From Bacillota bacterium (lineage in GTDB: Bacteria > Bacillota > Clostridia > Ch29), in assembly GCA_028686075.1 (NCBI GenBank), contig JAQUCT010000004.1, positions 1,833 to 65,832 on the forward strand: a stretch of 64,000 nt of DNA. Direction: 5' to 3'. Within the stretch, counting starts at the first letter, position 1, and each line of letters starts with the position of its first letter. Of this stretch, positions 20,868-32,339 are shown piece after piece. The notes under the pieces were generated by a model. It was not told the DNA's origin. It saw only the letters and a list, made by a program, of their open reading frames with translations, and did not search any database. The position numbers and the translations under genes are program-made.

Positions 20868-21581
20868 TCAAGTATTTTGGACTTTACCCAGATACGCCTC
20901 CTGGATTGTTTTATCCCGCAGGAGGTCCCGGGCACTGCCCTCCATGGTTATTCTGCCCTGCTCCAGCACATAGGCCTTATCGGCCACCGAAAGGGCTTTA
21001 TAAGCGTTCTGCTCCACCAAAAGAATTGTTTTGTTCATCCTCTTAATGTCCTCTATTATCTCGAAAATGGTCTTTACAAGCAGCGGCGCAAGGCCTAGAG
21101 ATGGCTCGTCAAGCAGTACGAGTTCTGGGCTGCTCATAAGCCCTCTGCCCATGGCCAGCATCTGCTGCTCGCCGCCGGAAAGGGTTCCCGCCAACTGACT
21201 TATCCTTTCCTCCAGTCGGGGGAAAAGCTCAAAAACCGATTTAAGGTCCCTTTCAATTCCCTTAGTATCCCTGCGAAGATAAGCCCCCATCATAAGATTT
21301 TCCCGTACCGTTAGGTTTGCAAACACCAGCCTTCCCTCCGGCACCTGGGATATGCCCGCCTTTACCACCCTGTGCGGCTGGCGGGACAGTTCCCTACCCC
21401 TATATTCAATCCGCCCTTCCTTTGGCTTTACTATCCCGGAGATGGTGTTAAGGAGGGTGGATTTGCCGGCACCGTTTGAGCCTATTATGGATACTATCTG
21501 CCCTTCCAGGACATCAATGCCTACCCCTTTAAGGGCGTGTATGCCTCCATAAAAAACGTTTAAATTCTCTACCTTTAGCAA
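20868..21581 (-). CDS. livF: branched-chain amino acid ABC transporter ATP-binding protein
   Basis: Walker A GSNGAGKST, LSGGEQQ signature; 237 aa. Confidence 0.88.
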   Translation of the reverse strand: MLKVENLNVFYGGIHALKGVGIDVLEGQIVSIIGSNGAGKSTLLNTISGIVKPKEGRIEYRGRELSRQPHRVVKAGISQVPEGRLVFANLTVRENLMMGAYLRRDTKGIERDLKSVFELFPRLEERISQLAGTLSGGEQQMLAMGRGLMSSPELVLLDEPSLGLAPLLVKTIFEIIEDIKRMNKTILLVEQNAYKALSVADKAYVLEQGRITMEGSARDLLRDKTIQEAYLGKVQNT

Positions 21582-22351
21582 ACTACTACCTCCTCCTCCC
21601 CAAGATAGGCCTCTATAACCTTCGGGTTGGCCTGGACCTCGATTGCGGTGCCTTCCGCAAGCTTTTTGCCGAAGTTTAGCACAACAATCCTTTCACAGAC
21701 ACCCATAATAAGGTCCATATGATGCTCTATTACAAGGACGGTCAATTTAAAGCTGTCCCTTATCTCCTTTATAAGGGCCATAAGCCGTGCCGTCTCGTCG
21801 GGGTTCATTCCTGCCGCCGGCTCGTCCAGCAGCAGCAGCTTTGGATTAAGTGCCAGTGCCCTTGCAATCTCCAGCCTTCTTTGCAACCCGTAGGGCAGGT
21901 TACCCGCCACCACGTTCCTTCGGTCCTCAAGGCCCATTATACCCATAAGCTGTTCCGCCTGGTCCAGCAGTCCCTTTTCCTCCGCCTTGAACCTTTTATT
22001 CCTTAGTATTGCATCCATAAGACCGTACCTGGCGTTGTAGTGACACGCCGTTAGTATGTTATCGTAGGTTGTAAGCTTTTTAAAAAGCCGTATATTCTGA
22101 AATGTCCTGGTTATGCCCAGCTCCGCCACCCGGTAAGGTTCCATCGAATTGGTTTCTATACCCTCAAAGAGTATTTCGCCTTCCGTTACCTTATATATTC
22201 CCGTTATTAGGTTGAATATGGTGGTCTTTCCCGCTCCATTAGGTCCAATAAGCCCGAATATGCTGTCCTTTTCCACCTCAAAGCTTACATTGCCCACCGC
22301 TGTCAGGCCGCCGAACTGTTTGGTTACGTTTTTCAGTTCCAGTAGCTTCAC
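21575..22351 (-). CDS. livG: branched-chain amino acid ABC transporter ATP-binding protein
   Basis: GPNGAGKTT, 258 aa; overlaps livF start. Confidence 0.88.
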   Translation of the reverse strand: MKLLELKNVTKQFGGLTAVGNVSFEVEKDSIFGLIGPNGAGKTTIFNLITGIYKVTEGEILFEGIETNSMEPYRVAELGITRTFQNIRLFKKLTTYDNILTACHYNARYGLMDAILRNKRFKAEEKGLLDQAEQLMGIMGLEDRRNVVAGNLPYGLQRRLEIARALALNPKLLLLDEPAAGMNPDETARLMALIKEIRDSFKLTVLVIEHHMDLIMGVCERIVVLNFGKKLAEGTAIEVQANPKVIEAYLGEEEVVVC

Positions 22352-22354
22352 TTT

Positions 22355-23245
22355 TTATCGCCCCCCACCGCCTGCTTTTTCCCCGGAGGCCCGGAAAAAT
22401 CGGGAAAACAGCTTTTTTATATTGGTAAAGGTAATCTCTGTGCCCCCCATAAGGCCCTGGGGCCTGGATATCATTATGAACACTACCGCGGCTCCGTATA
22501 CAACCAGCCTCCATGATGCAAAAGTACGCAAAAGTTCCGGCAGAGAAGTGAGTACCAATGCGCCAATCACGCTGCCGGAGATGCTGCCCAATCCTCCGAA
22601 TATTACCGTTATGGTGAGTTCGGTTGACTTTATGAATTGGAACATCTTAGGCTGTATAAATCCCAGCAAATGGGCCAGCATCCCCCCGGCCACCCCCGCA
22701 TAGGCGGCACTTATCATAAGTGCGGCCATTTTGTACCGGAATACGTTTATGCCTATGGTCTGGGATGCCATTTCCTCCTCCCGGATGGCCTTAAAGTTCC
22801 TCCCGTGCCTTGAACGTATAATATTGGCAAGAATTACCACGCCTATTACGTCCACAATCACTACGGTGGTGAGGTTTGTGACAACCGGTAAACCGGGCCA
22901 GCCCCTGGCACCGCCAAAATATTGAACATTGTCCAGTATCAGCCTTATTGCCTCTCCAAAACCCAGGGTAGCAATACAAAAATAGTCCCCCTTTAGATTG
23001 AGGGTTAGCCTTCCTATAAAAAAACTTACCACGGCAGCCCCCGCCGCCCCCAAAAGGAGTGCAGGAATGAAGGGAAGGCCAAGCTTCATTGTTCCCATTG
23101 CTGTAACGTAGGCACCTATGGCCATAAATCCTGCATGGCCGAAGGAAAAAAGCCCTGTAAACCCGGTTAATAGCGATAGGCCCAGCACCGCCATAAGATT
23201 AATTCCGGAAAGTATCAAAATTCCCTTAACATAAAACCAGTCCAT
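22355..23245 (-). CDS. livM: branched-chain amino acid ABC transporter permease
   Basis: 296-aa polytopic permease in liv operon context. Confidence 0.82.
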   Translation of the reverse strand: MDWFYVKGILILSGINLMAVLGLSLLTGFTGLFSFGHAGFMAIGAYVTAMGTMKLGLPFIPALLLGAAGAAVVSFFIGRLTLNLKGDYFCIATLGFGEAIRLILDNVQYFGGARGWPGLPVVTNLTTVVIVDVIGVVILANIIRSRHGRNFKAIREEEMASQTIGINVFRYKMAALMISAAYAGVAGGMLAHLLGFIQPKMFQFIKSTELTITVIFGGLGSISGSVIGALVLTSLPELLRTFASWRLVVYGAAVVFIMISRPQGLMGGTEITFTNIKKLFSRFFRASGEKAGGGGR

Positions 23246-23262
23246 TGTCTGCCCCCCCTTTT

Positions 23263-24144
23263 TTAAGCCTTATCCTCTGTTATTTTACCCATAAGGCCCC
23301 TCGGGCGTAACACAAGAATTAAAATCAAAAGAACGAAGGCGATTAAATCCCTAAACTGTGATGATAAATACCCCGAAGTAAAGGTCTCTATTATACCAAG
23401 AAGGATTGAGCCTATTACCGCACCGGGAAGGCTTCCCAGGCCGCCGAAAACCGCTGCTATGAATGACTTTAGTGTAATGTTGCCTATCTGCGGGTAAACG
23501 GTGTATTTCATTCCGAACAGTACGCCGGCGATTCCGGCCAGAATTCCCCCCAGCCCGAATACTATGAGTATTATCCGGTCGGTGTTTACCCCCATAAGAG
23601 CACTGGCCTTCAGGTTGTACGCGCTGGCCCTTATGCCCATGCCCGTCCTAGTCTTCTCTATAATAAATATTAGTAACATAAGGCTTACTGCCGATATCAC
23701 AAACATCATTACGTCAAGCCGCCCTATGTTTACGCCCCCTACAATAAAGGGGGTTGTCCCGAACACCTTCGGATAGGTCCTGAATGTGGGGCCTATAGGG
23801 GAGGCTATTATTATATTCTCAAGAAATATGGAAACTCCCATGGCGGAAATTATAAAATACAAAAAGGGTGCGTTCCTTCTGCGCAAGGGGCTATAGGCTA
23901 TCCTTTCTATTATAACCGCCAAAAGTCCCGTGCCCAGCGCTGCAATACAAAACGCCGTGGCAAAGGGTATCTCGAAGGCGGTCATTGCAAAAAAGCCTAT
24001 GTAGGAGCCGATCATTATTACGCCCCCATGGGCGAAGTTGCTAAAGTTCATTATACTGTAAACAAGGGAATACCCAACAGCCATAAGTGCATACACGCTT
24101 CCTATGGACAGGCCGTTTATTAGCTGCTGAAGAAATACGGACAT
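23263..24144 (-). CDS. livH: branched-chain amino acid ABC transporter permease
   Basis: 293-aa polytopic permease. Confidence 0.82.
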   Translation of the reverse strand: MSVFLQQLINGLSIGSVYALMAVGYSLVYSIMNFSNFAHGGVIMIGSYIGFFAMTAFEIPFATAFCIAALGTGLLAVIIERIAYSPLRRRNAPFLYFIISAMGVSIFLENIIIASPIGPTFRTYPKVFGTTPFIVGGVNIGRLDVMMFVISAVSLMLLIFIIEKTRTGMGIRASAYNLKASALMGVNTDRIILIVFGLGGILAGIAGVLFGMKYTVYPQIGNITLKSFIAAVFGGLGSLPGAVIGSILLGIIETFTSGYLSSQFRDLIAFVLLILILVLRPRGLMGKITEDKA

Positions 24145-24170
24145 ATTTTACCTCCTTAGCATGAACACAT

Positions 24171-24250
24171 TTATATATAATTGGATAGATCCTTTGCTTC
24201 GCTCAGGATGACACGCTATAAGATGTAAAGTCTTTATCCCGTTATATATA
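24171..24250 (-). repeat. MITE/REP-like element copy R5 (short, reverse) in the livK-livH intergenic spacer
   Basis: TTTATATATAATTGG...CGCTCAGGATGACACGCTATAAGATGTAAAGTCTTTATCCCGTTATATATA. Confidence 0.8.
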
Positions 24251-24265
24251 GACACCGGATTAAAG

Positions 24266-24288
24266 AAGAGAGAGGGTTTCCCCTCTCC
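24266..24288 (-). terminator. hairpin (partial terminator/attenuator) just downstream of livK
   Basis: Minus strand GGAGAGGGGAAACCCTCTCTC followed by TTCTTTAAT. This arrangement is typical for binding-protein/permease stoichiometry control. Confidence 0.4.
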
Positions 24289-24292
24289 GCTT

Positions 24293-25474
24293 CTAATTAG
24301 CAGAATATTTCTGCTGGAATACGTACGCACCGTCCTCTATCTTTATGATAGCGGCGTCCTTGCCCTCCGGGTTATGGGTATCCTTGCTTATATTTATCTT
24401 GCCGGTGATTCCTAGTACCTGCGCCGTTTCAAGGGCGTCCCTTATTGCCACCGGATCAAAGCTATTCGCCTTTTCGATGGCATGTGCCAAAAGCTCTACC
24501 GCATCGTAAGCCAGATAGCCGTTAAGCTCTACCGGGAGGTTATACTTAGCAGTATAAGCGTTTTTGAAGTCCTGGACGTCCGGGTCGTCGAAGTCTAGGT
24601 GGTTTACGAAGTAGCATCCTTCTATCGCGTCTTTGGCCATCTCGAGCAGTACCTCGGAAGGCCATCCGTCACCACCCATAAGCACTGCGTCTATTCCAAG
24701 CTCTCTGGCCTGGTTCGCGCTTAGGGCGACCTCTTTGTAGTAGTAGGGCATGAATATTATCTCGGGCCCCGCTTCCTTTATTTTGCTAAGCTGCGGTCTG
24801 AAGTCCACGTCCCCGAACTTGAAGGCTTCCCTGGCCACCACTTCGCCGCCTCTTTCAATGAAGTACTTTTCAAAGAATTCTGTCAGGCCCTGGGAATAAT
24901 CGTCCGCCACGTCGTAGAGTACCGCAGCCTTCCTGAAACCAAGTATGTCATAGGCGTATCCTGCGGCTACGGCTCCCTGGTAGGGGTCGATGAAGCATAC
25001 CCTGAAGTTGAAGGGTTTAACGCCGCCGTCATCGTGTATCGTAACCTTGGGATTGGTTGCAACGGTTGCGATATCCGCAACATTCATCTCCTCAAGCACC
25101 GAAGAAATGGATATAGCCTGGCCGCTGGCGTTGGGACCTAAAACGGCAATTACCTTATCCTGGGCTGTGAGCCTTCTGACTGCATTAACGGCCTCGGTGG
25201 CATCGCCGCGGGTATCGTAGCCTATTACCTCAAATTGTTTCCCCAACAGGCCGCCTTTTTCGTTTATTTCTTCAAATCGCATTTTTACGGTATTGAGTTC
25301 ACAGGTGCCCCACACTGCCTGGTCTCCGGTAAGTGAACCTATCCACCCGACCTTGACCACTTCCGGCTTCTCTTCGGCCGGGGTGTCGGTGGGTGCTGCA
25401 GGAGTACATCCGGTCAAAGCCAGGCTCAGAGTAAGTATTACACAGCCAATTAACAGTGCAACTCTCTTTTTCAC
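24293..25474 (-). CDS. livK: branched-chain amino acid ABC transporter substrate-binding lipoprotein
   Basis: Lipoprotein signal ...LALTGC; periplasmic-binding-protein type I fold; 393 aa. Confidence 0.85.
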   Translation of the reverse strand: MKKRVALLIGCVILTLSLALTGCTPAAPTDTPAEEKPEVVKVGWIGSLTGDQAVWGTCELNTVKMRFEEINEKGGLLGKQFEVIGYDTRGDATEAVNAVRRLTAQDKVIAVLGPNASGQAISISSVLEEMNVADIATVATNPKVTIHDDGGVKPFNFRVCFIDPYQGAVAAGYAYDILGFRKAAVLYDVADDYSQGLTEFFEKYFIERGGEVVAREAFKFGDVDFRPQLSKIKEAGPEIIFMPYYYKEVALSANQARELGIDAVLMGGDGWPSEVLLEMAKDAIEGCYFVNHLDFDDPDVQDFKNAYTAKYNLPVELNGYLAYDAVELLAHAIEKANSFDPVAIRDALETAQVLGITGKINISKDTHNPEGKDAAIIKIEDGAYVFQQKYSAN

Positions 25475-25592
25475 TTTAAGACCCTCCTTATTTTTTCTTC
25501 TACGAACTCAGTAAAACCAGAACCGTGCCAATATCACCCCCATTTTATGGTTGTATTACCTTATATATTAAGCTTTAGCAAAGCAGCCTTGT

Positions 25593-27023
25593 CTACAGGT
25601 CATAATATAACTGGTATTCCGCGGGGTGCGGTATTATACCAACTTTCATAGCGTCTTCCCGTATTGCTTTTATCTGGTCGTTTATGATACCCTCGGTGAA
25701 CACTTCCCCCTCCAGCAAAAAGGCGTAGTCTTTCTGCAAGCTGTCGGCGGCCTCCTCCAAAGATTTTGGCAGGCTTTTTATATTTGACCGCTCCTCATCG
25801 GACAGGTTGTACACGTTAATATCGTAGGGGCCAAACCCTTCTGCGGTGGGATCTGTTTTGTTCTTTATGCCGTCCACTGCCGCCATAAGGAGGGCGGAGT
25901 ACGCAGTATAGGGGTTAGAAGTTGCATCCAGCGGCCTGTATTCAAACCTTTTTTCGCTAGGCTCTGTGGCGTATCCCGGTATCCTTATAACGGAACTCCT
26001 GTTAGCTGTGCCAAAGCACAAGCTTACCGGGGCTTCATAGCCGGGTACCAGGCGCTTGTACGAATTGGTGCTGGGGTTGGTAAAGGCCATAAGGGCGGGG
26101 GAATGCTTAAGGATGCCGCCTATGGCATAGAGGGCGGTATCACTTAATGCCGAGTACCCCTTCGGGTCGTAGAACACCGGGTTCCCCCCTTTGAATAGAT
26201 GAATGTGTACGTGCATTCCGTTGCCCGCTTCCCCGAAAAAGGGTTTGGGCATAAAGGTTACCGTCTTGTTGTTGACAACGGCAGTATTCTTTACTATGTA
26301 CTTTAAAAGCATCGTTCTGTCGGCACTTACCTTAAGGGGGCCAAAGCCCATCTCAATCTCCACCTGCCCAGGGCCACCGTTTTCGCTGTGATGATATTTT
26401 ACCGGCACCCCATGGTTTTCAAGGTTTTCCGCCATTTCGTTCCTTAAGTCGTACGTAATATCCATAGGCAGGTCCACATGGTAGCCCCCGTGGGCGGGTA
26501 CCTTATAGCCCAAATTTTTGGTCTCCCTGTCGGCGGAATTCCACTCCGCCTGGGCCGAATCCAGGAATACCTCCATGTGATTGGGAGTATTCTTATAGGA
26601 AACGTGGTCCAGTATATAGAACTCGAATTCCGGGCCCAAAAGGCAGGTATCGGCTATGCCGCTTTCTTTCATGTACATTTCCGCCTTTTCCGCCACATGC
26701 CTTGGGTCACCCTGGTACCGCTGCCGTCCTCCGCCGAGGGTGTATATATCCCCAATCATGGAAAGGGTTGGTGCCTTGGCAAAGGGGTCCACGAAGGCAC
26801 TTTTTATATCTGGTATAAACACCATGTCCGATTTTTCCACCGTCAAAAAGCCGTAGCTTGACCCGTCGAAGCCTATCCCTTCCACCATGGTATCTTTGGT
26901 AAACCTTTCAACGGGCATTGTTAGGTGATGCCACCTACCCTTTAGGTCTATCACCTTGAAGTCAGCAAACTTAATACCCCGGTCAGCACAAAAAGCCTTT
27001 AGCTCGTCAAAACTATTAAACAC
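25593..27023 (-). CDS. glnA: glutamine synthetase family protein (476 aa)
   Basis: GS beta-grasp N-domain and catalytic-domain-like motifs; an upstream GlnR/TnrA-type box supports the call. Confidence 0.7.
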   Translation of the reverse strand: MFNSFDELKAFCADRGIKFADFKVIDLKGRWHHLTMPVERFTKDTMVEGIGFDGSSYGFLTVEKSDMVFIPDIKSAFVDPFAKAPTLSMIGDIYTLGGGRQRYQGDPRHVAEKAEMYMKESGIADTCLLGPEFEFYILDHVSYKNTPNHMEVFLDSAQAEWNSADRETKNLGYKVPAHGGYHVDLPMDITYDLRNEMAENLENHGVPVKYHHSENGGPGQVEIEMGFGPLKVSADRTMLLKYIVKNTAVVNNKTVTFMPKPFFGEAGNGMHVHIHLFKGGNPVFYDPKGYSALSDTALYAIGGILKHSPALMAFTNPSTNSYKRLVPGYEAPVSLCFGTANRSSVIRIPGYATEPSEKRFEYRPLDATSNPYTAYSALLMAAVDGIKNKTDPTAEGFGPYDINVYNLSDEERSNIKSLPKSLEEAADSLQKDYAFLLEGEVFTEGIINDQIKAIREDAMKVGIIPHPAEYQLYYDL

Positions 27024-27094
27024 AAACTTTCCCTCCTGTTCAACCTATACTTCTATCCATGTGGCTTCCTTTATATTCCCGCATAACCACATAT

Positions 27095-27111
27095 TTGTAA
27101 TGTAATATTAC
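27095..27111. promoter_or_regulatory. GlnR/TnrA-type operator upstream of glnA
   Basis: TGTAATGTAATATTACA matches TGTNA-N7-TNACA exactly and overlaps the perfect 14-bp palindrome ATGTAATATTACAT, about 75 bp upstream of the glnA start. Confidence 0.5.
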
Positions 27112-27210
27112 ATGAAATGGATTGGTTTTGCAATGCATTTTTTTGTAAAACTAATCCATTTCACCGTGAAATGACATGGAGACGTTTCCACCGCCTTTCC
27201 GTGTATTCAA

Positions 27211-27248
27211 AAATAAAAAACCCCCCTGTCTTAGTGCGACAAAGGGGT
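27211..27248 (-). terminator. rho-independent terminator after the 2-hydroxyacid dehydrogenase gene
   Basis: Minus strand ACCCCTTTGTCGCACTAAGACAGGGGGG + TTTTTTATTTTT. Confidence 0.6.
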
Positions 27249-27289
27249 GTAATGCAATATTAGATGTCTATGACCTGTGTCACCTTTCC

Positions 27290-28246
27290 TTAATACTGCT
27301 TATCATAATCGATTACATTTTCCATTTTCTCTGTGCTACCCTCTACGAAGGCCTCCAGGTTGTCTATAAACAAATTCATAAGCCGGTCCATGTAGTGCGG
27401 CGTCGGCCCAGCAATATGGGGGGTAAGTATCACGTTGTCCAGTCCCCATATAGGGCTGTCCTCCGGTAGCGGCTCCTTCTCAAATACGTCCAGCCCGGTT
27501 CCGGCTATCCAGCCTTCCTTAACCGCTCTTATTAGTGCTTGCTCGTCCACAACAGGTCCCCTGGCCACGTTTATAAACCAGGCTGTCTGCTTCATCTTCC
27601 TGAACTGCTCTTCTCCAATCATCCTTTTGGTCTCGTCGGTTAGAGGTACAAGGGTAATAATAAAATCGCTCTTTTCAAGCAATTTGTCCAGCTCGTCTAT
27701 TCCGTATATTTCATCAAAGTGTTCGACATCCTCCACTGTGTTCTTTACTCCCACTATCCTCACATCAAAGGCCCTTAATTTCCTCGCGGTCTCCTTTGCC
27801 ACCGCCCCGACGCCTATAAATCCGATTGTCTTTCCGTACAGCTCGTCATTTTTGACCGGGTCCCACTTCCTGGCGATATGGGCCTTTGTATAATAATAGG
27901 ACCTTCTCACAATGGAAAGCAAAAGACTAACAATAAACTCGGACATCTGTATTCTGTGTACTCCCCTGGCGTTGGTTAGTATTATCCCCTTTTCTTTAAG
28001 ATAATAAAGGGGAAAATGGTTTATCCCCGAATAAACACACTGTATCCATTTTAGATTTTCCATCTTTTCAAGGTCTTTTTTGTCTATTTTGGGCTGGTTA
28101 GTAAGGAGTACCCGGGCACCGGTAAGAACATCCCCTGCTTTTTCGAAGTCCTTAACCTTTATAACCTCCACCCTATCCCCCAGCCTTTTTTCAATTCTTC
28201 CCAACTGTCCCTCTGTCAGGGTATAAGTGCATACAACCTTTACCAT
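27290..28246 (-). CDS. D-isomer-specific 2-hydroxyacid dehydrogenase (NAD-binding)
   Basis: GxGxxG region IGFIGVGAVAKETARK; start reassigned to ATG (MVKVVCTY) 7 nt after SD AGGAGG; the track ORF extends to 28321. Confidence 0.8.
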   Translation of the reverse strand: MVKVVCTYTLTEGQLGRIEKRLGDRVEVIKVKDFEKAGDVLTGARVLLTNQPKIDKKDLEKMENLKWIQCVYSGINHFPLYYLKEKGIILTNARGVHRIQMSEFIVSLLLSIVRRSYYYTKAHIARKWDPVKNDELYGKTIGFIGVGAVAKETARKLRAFDVRIVGVKNTVEDVEHFDEIYGIDELDKLLEKSDFIITLVPLTDETKRMIGEEQFRKMKQTAWFINVARGPVVDEQALIRAVKEGWIAGTGLDVFEKEPLPEDSPIWGLDNVILTPHIAGPTPHYMDRLMNLFIDNLEAFVEGSTEKMENVIDYDKQY

Positions 28247-28339
28247 GGACCTACCTCCTGATATTTTTTTGGTTTTTTGCTTATGTTCTATAGATACACC
28301 CCTTAAATCCTTCGCAAACAATTACTCCAACCCTGCTGC

Positions 28340-28666
28340 TCATTCGGGCTTGTACTCCCTGTCGCCGCCGGATTCTTGCGCCAGCCGCTCCAGCACTAAG
28401 TTATACCCGTCCGCCCCGTATTTGATGAAGCGGTTTACCCTGCTTATTGTGGCAGAACTGGCTCCGGTAGCCTCCACTATCTCTCCGTAGGTCTTTCCGT
28501 CTTTAAGCATACGAGCAACGGTGAACCTCTGCGCCAGAGCTTTAAGCTCTGTAATGGTGCAGATATCCTCGAAGAACATATAGCATTCGTCTATGTTTCT
28601 AAGCTGCAGAATAGCTCTGAAAAGGTGGTCGGTTTCTTCATCCTTGAGTTTCGGATTAACGGCCAT
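28340..28666 (-). CDS. yerC: TrpR-like protein YerC/YecD family
   Basis: YGEIVEATGASSATISRVNRFIKYG helix-turn-helix region. The position relative to the pur operon matches B. subtilis yerC. Confidence 0.7.
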   Translation of the reverse strand: MAVNPKLKDEETDHLFRAILQLRNIDECYMFFEDICTITELKALAQRFTVARMLKDGKTYGEIVEATGASSATISRVNRFIKYGADGYNLVLERLAQESGGDREYKPE

Positions 28667-28691
28667 ATTCCATCTCTCCCCCACTTTTTTC

Positions 28692-28832
28692 TATATATAA
28701 CGCATTAATAATATTACATTACTTTACTTGTCATTCCAAAGAAGCGAAGCCCGAAGAATCCGACTTAGGGATAGACCCTTCGCTATCGCTCAGGATGACA
28801 ACTGTGTAAAATCTTTTTTGCGTTATATATAT
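28692..28832 (-). repeat. MITE/REP-like element copy R6 (reverse), 26 bp upstream of the yerC start
   Basis: TATATATAACGCATTAATAATATTACATTACTTTACTTGTCATTCCAAAGAAGCGAAGCCCGAAGAATC...CGCTCAGGATGACA...GCGTTATATATA. Confidence 0.85.
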
Positions 28833-28971
28833 TAATAATTATAACCCAAAAAGTTTAATACTTTAACACTTTTACTAGTAAAATTTTAAGTGACCAAGCT
28901 TTTCCACAGCTTTTGGGGAATATACAGGCCGATTTTGTAAAAAATAAGTATTATTGTACGAAAGGAAGTAT

Positions 28972-29178
28972 AAAATGAAAGACAACCGAAGAAACAAATA
29001 CAAGGAATACGGAGATTACGGCCGCCTGCCCGACAACGTTTTCGAAAGCTATGATACTGAAGAATACCCTTCAACCTACAGGACAACCAACGCCCTTATT
29101 TTTCCTTTAAAACTCATAGACGACGAGGAGGTCTTAAGCGGCGAGGACTTCTCCTCCCCCGACGGGTTTGAAGGATAA
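28972..29178 (+). CDS. small acidic hypothetical protein (68 aa)
   Basis: ATG 6 nt after SD AAAGGAAG; no recognisable domain. Confidence 0.35.
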   Translation, partial: KMKDNRRNKYKEYGDYGRLPDNVFESYDTEEYPSTYRTTNALIFPLKLIDDEEVLSGEDFSSPDGFEG

Positions 29179-29262
29179 AATAAGACACGAAAGGGAATGG
29201 TTTTATGAAAAATTGGCATAATATTGTAGAATGGAACAACTACTCTACCGGGAGGTGAAATA

Positions 29263-29454
29263 TTGACCACTTTTCATCTGATACACGTTGTTGTTGGTGC
29301 AGTCCTTGCAGCAGTAAACTTCTGGGGCCTTATGGATGAACCAAGCAGAGCATTCTTCAATTCAATTGTCGGTCTGGTGGTACTGGCCTACAACGCGTAC
29401 TATCTCTTCGTAAGGCAAAACGTCGATGAAACAAACAGGGAATCGGGTTCATAA
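29263..29454 (+). CDS. small two-TM membrane protein (63 aa)
   Basis: TTG start 6 nt after SD GGGAGGTG; hydrophobic segments VVGAVLAAVNFWGL and IVGLVVLAYNAYYLF. Confidence 0.4.
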   Translation: MTTFHLIHVVVGAVLAAVNFWGLMDEPSRAFFNSIVGLVVLAYNAYYLFVRQNVDETNRESGS

Positions 29455-29479
29455 CCCGGTTCCCCCTTTATATTTACAA

Positions 29480-30733
29480 TTATTTCGCGATATCCCTCCG
29501 GTACTGCATACCTTCAAAGCGAACTTTCCCGGCAGCGGCGTATGCCTTTGTCCGGGCCTTTTCCCTGTCGGCACCCAGGGCGGTAACGCCCATTACCCTT
29601 CCGCCGTTCGTATAGTATTTGCCCTGCTCTTTCTTTGTTCCCGCATGGAATACAAAGGTTTCTTCCCCTTCTGCCTGCTCAAGGCCTTCTATCAACAGTT
29701 CCTTTTTATAGCTGCCGGGGTATCCCCCGGAGGCAAGTATTATGCACACACAGGATTTGTCCGACCAGCATATCTGCTGCTTAGAGAGCCTTCCGTCCAC
29801 CACCGAGTTCATTATCTCCACAAGGTCACTCTCAAGCCGCGGCAATATAACCTGCGTCTCGGGGTCCCCGAAGCGGCAGTTGAATTCCAAAACCTTTATA
29901 CCGCCTCCGGTGACCATAAGGCCAAAGTACAGGACTCCTCTGTATTCTATTCCCTCTTTTTTGAGGGCCTCCCGCATAGGGAGCATTATCCGAGTGCGAA
30001 ATTCCCTCTTTATTTCCGGGGTATAGACGTCGTTAGGAGAGAAGGTGCCCATGCCTCCGGTATTAGGGCCCTTGTCATCGTCAAAGATTCGCTTGTAGTC
30101 CCTGGCACTTTCCATCGGCACCATTGTACTAGCGTCCACAAAGCAAAGTATTGTCATCTCGGTGCCGGTAAGGAACTCCTCCACCAGTACCCTGTCACCT
30201 GCGCTACCGAATTTTCGTTCTATCATTATTTCCTTTAAGGCCCCTTCGGCTTCCTGCCTGTCCTTGGCGATAATAACTCCTTTACCGGCGGCCAGACCGT
30301 CCGCCTTTATTACAACAGGAAAACCAAAGGCATCTACCTGCTCCATCGCCTCGTCAAAGTCTTCAAACACTTTGAAGTCGCCGGTGGGGATACCATTTCT
30401 TTTCATAAACTCCTTGGAAAATACCTTGCTTCCCTCCAGTAGTGCCGCCTCGGCGTTGGGGCCAAAGACCCTCAGCCCATACTTTTGGAACTCGTCGGCA
30501 ATGCCCGCCACAAGGGGTGTCTCCGGGCCTACCACTGTCAGGTCTATTCCCTCTTTTTGCGCAAACTCTCTAAGCCCTTTTATGTCGGTGTCCTTAATGT
30601 CAACGCACTGGGCAATGTCAGCCATGCCACCGTTACCGGGAGCGGCGTAAACCTTGTCAACAAGGAGACTTTGGGATACCTTCCATGCAAGGGTGTGCTC
30701 CCTTCCCCCGCTTCCTACTATAAGAACCTTCAT
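29480..30733 (-). CDS. purD: phosphoribosylamine-glycine ligase
   Basis: MKVLIVGSGGREH...; ATP-grasp; start moved to the ATG with SD AAGGAG. Confidence 0.92.
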   Translation of the reverse strand: MKVLIVGSGGREHTLAWKVSQSLLVDKVYAAPGNGGMADIAQCVDIKDTDIKGLREFAQKEGIDLTVVGPETPLVAGIADEFQKYGLRVFGPNAEAALLEGSKVFSKEFMKRNGIPTGDFKVFEDFDEAMEQVDAFGFPVVIKADGLAAGKGVIIAKDRQEAEGALKEIMIERKFGSAGDRVLVEEFLTGTEMTILCFVDASTMVPMESARDYKRIFDDDKGPNTGGMGTFSPNDVYTPEIKREFRTRIMLPMREALKKEGIEYRGVLYFGLMVTGGGIKVLEFNCRFGDPETQVILPRLESDLVEIMNSVVDGRLSKQQICWSDKSCVCIILASGGYPGSYKKELLIEGLEQAEGEETFVFHAGTKKEQGKYYTNGGRVMGVTALGADREKARTKAYAAAGKVRFEGMQYRRDIAK

Positions 30734-30761
30734 ATACACACTCCTTCCATTTCAATAGGTA

Positions 30762-32306
<1,545 letters not shown>

Positions 32307-32339
32307 AATGCACCTCCGTTTTTTTCTCCGCATCGGCCT

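Noticed and set aside
25475-25592. T-box leader upstream of livK (a GGGGGTGATATTGGCACGG fragment looked vaguely T-box-like)
   Set aside because: Only 118 bp lie between glnA and livK, which is too short for a T-box leader, and the match to the T-box consensus is poor.
29426-30238. 270-aa plus-strand ORF
   Set aside because: Antisense to purD.
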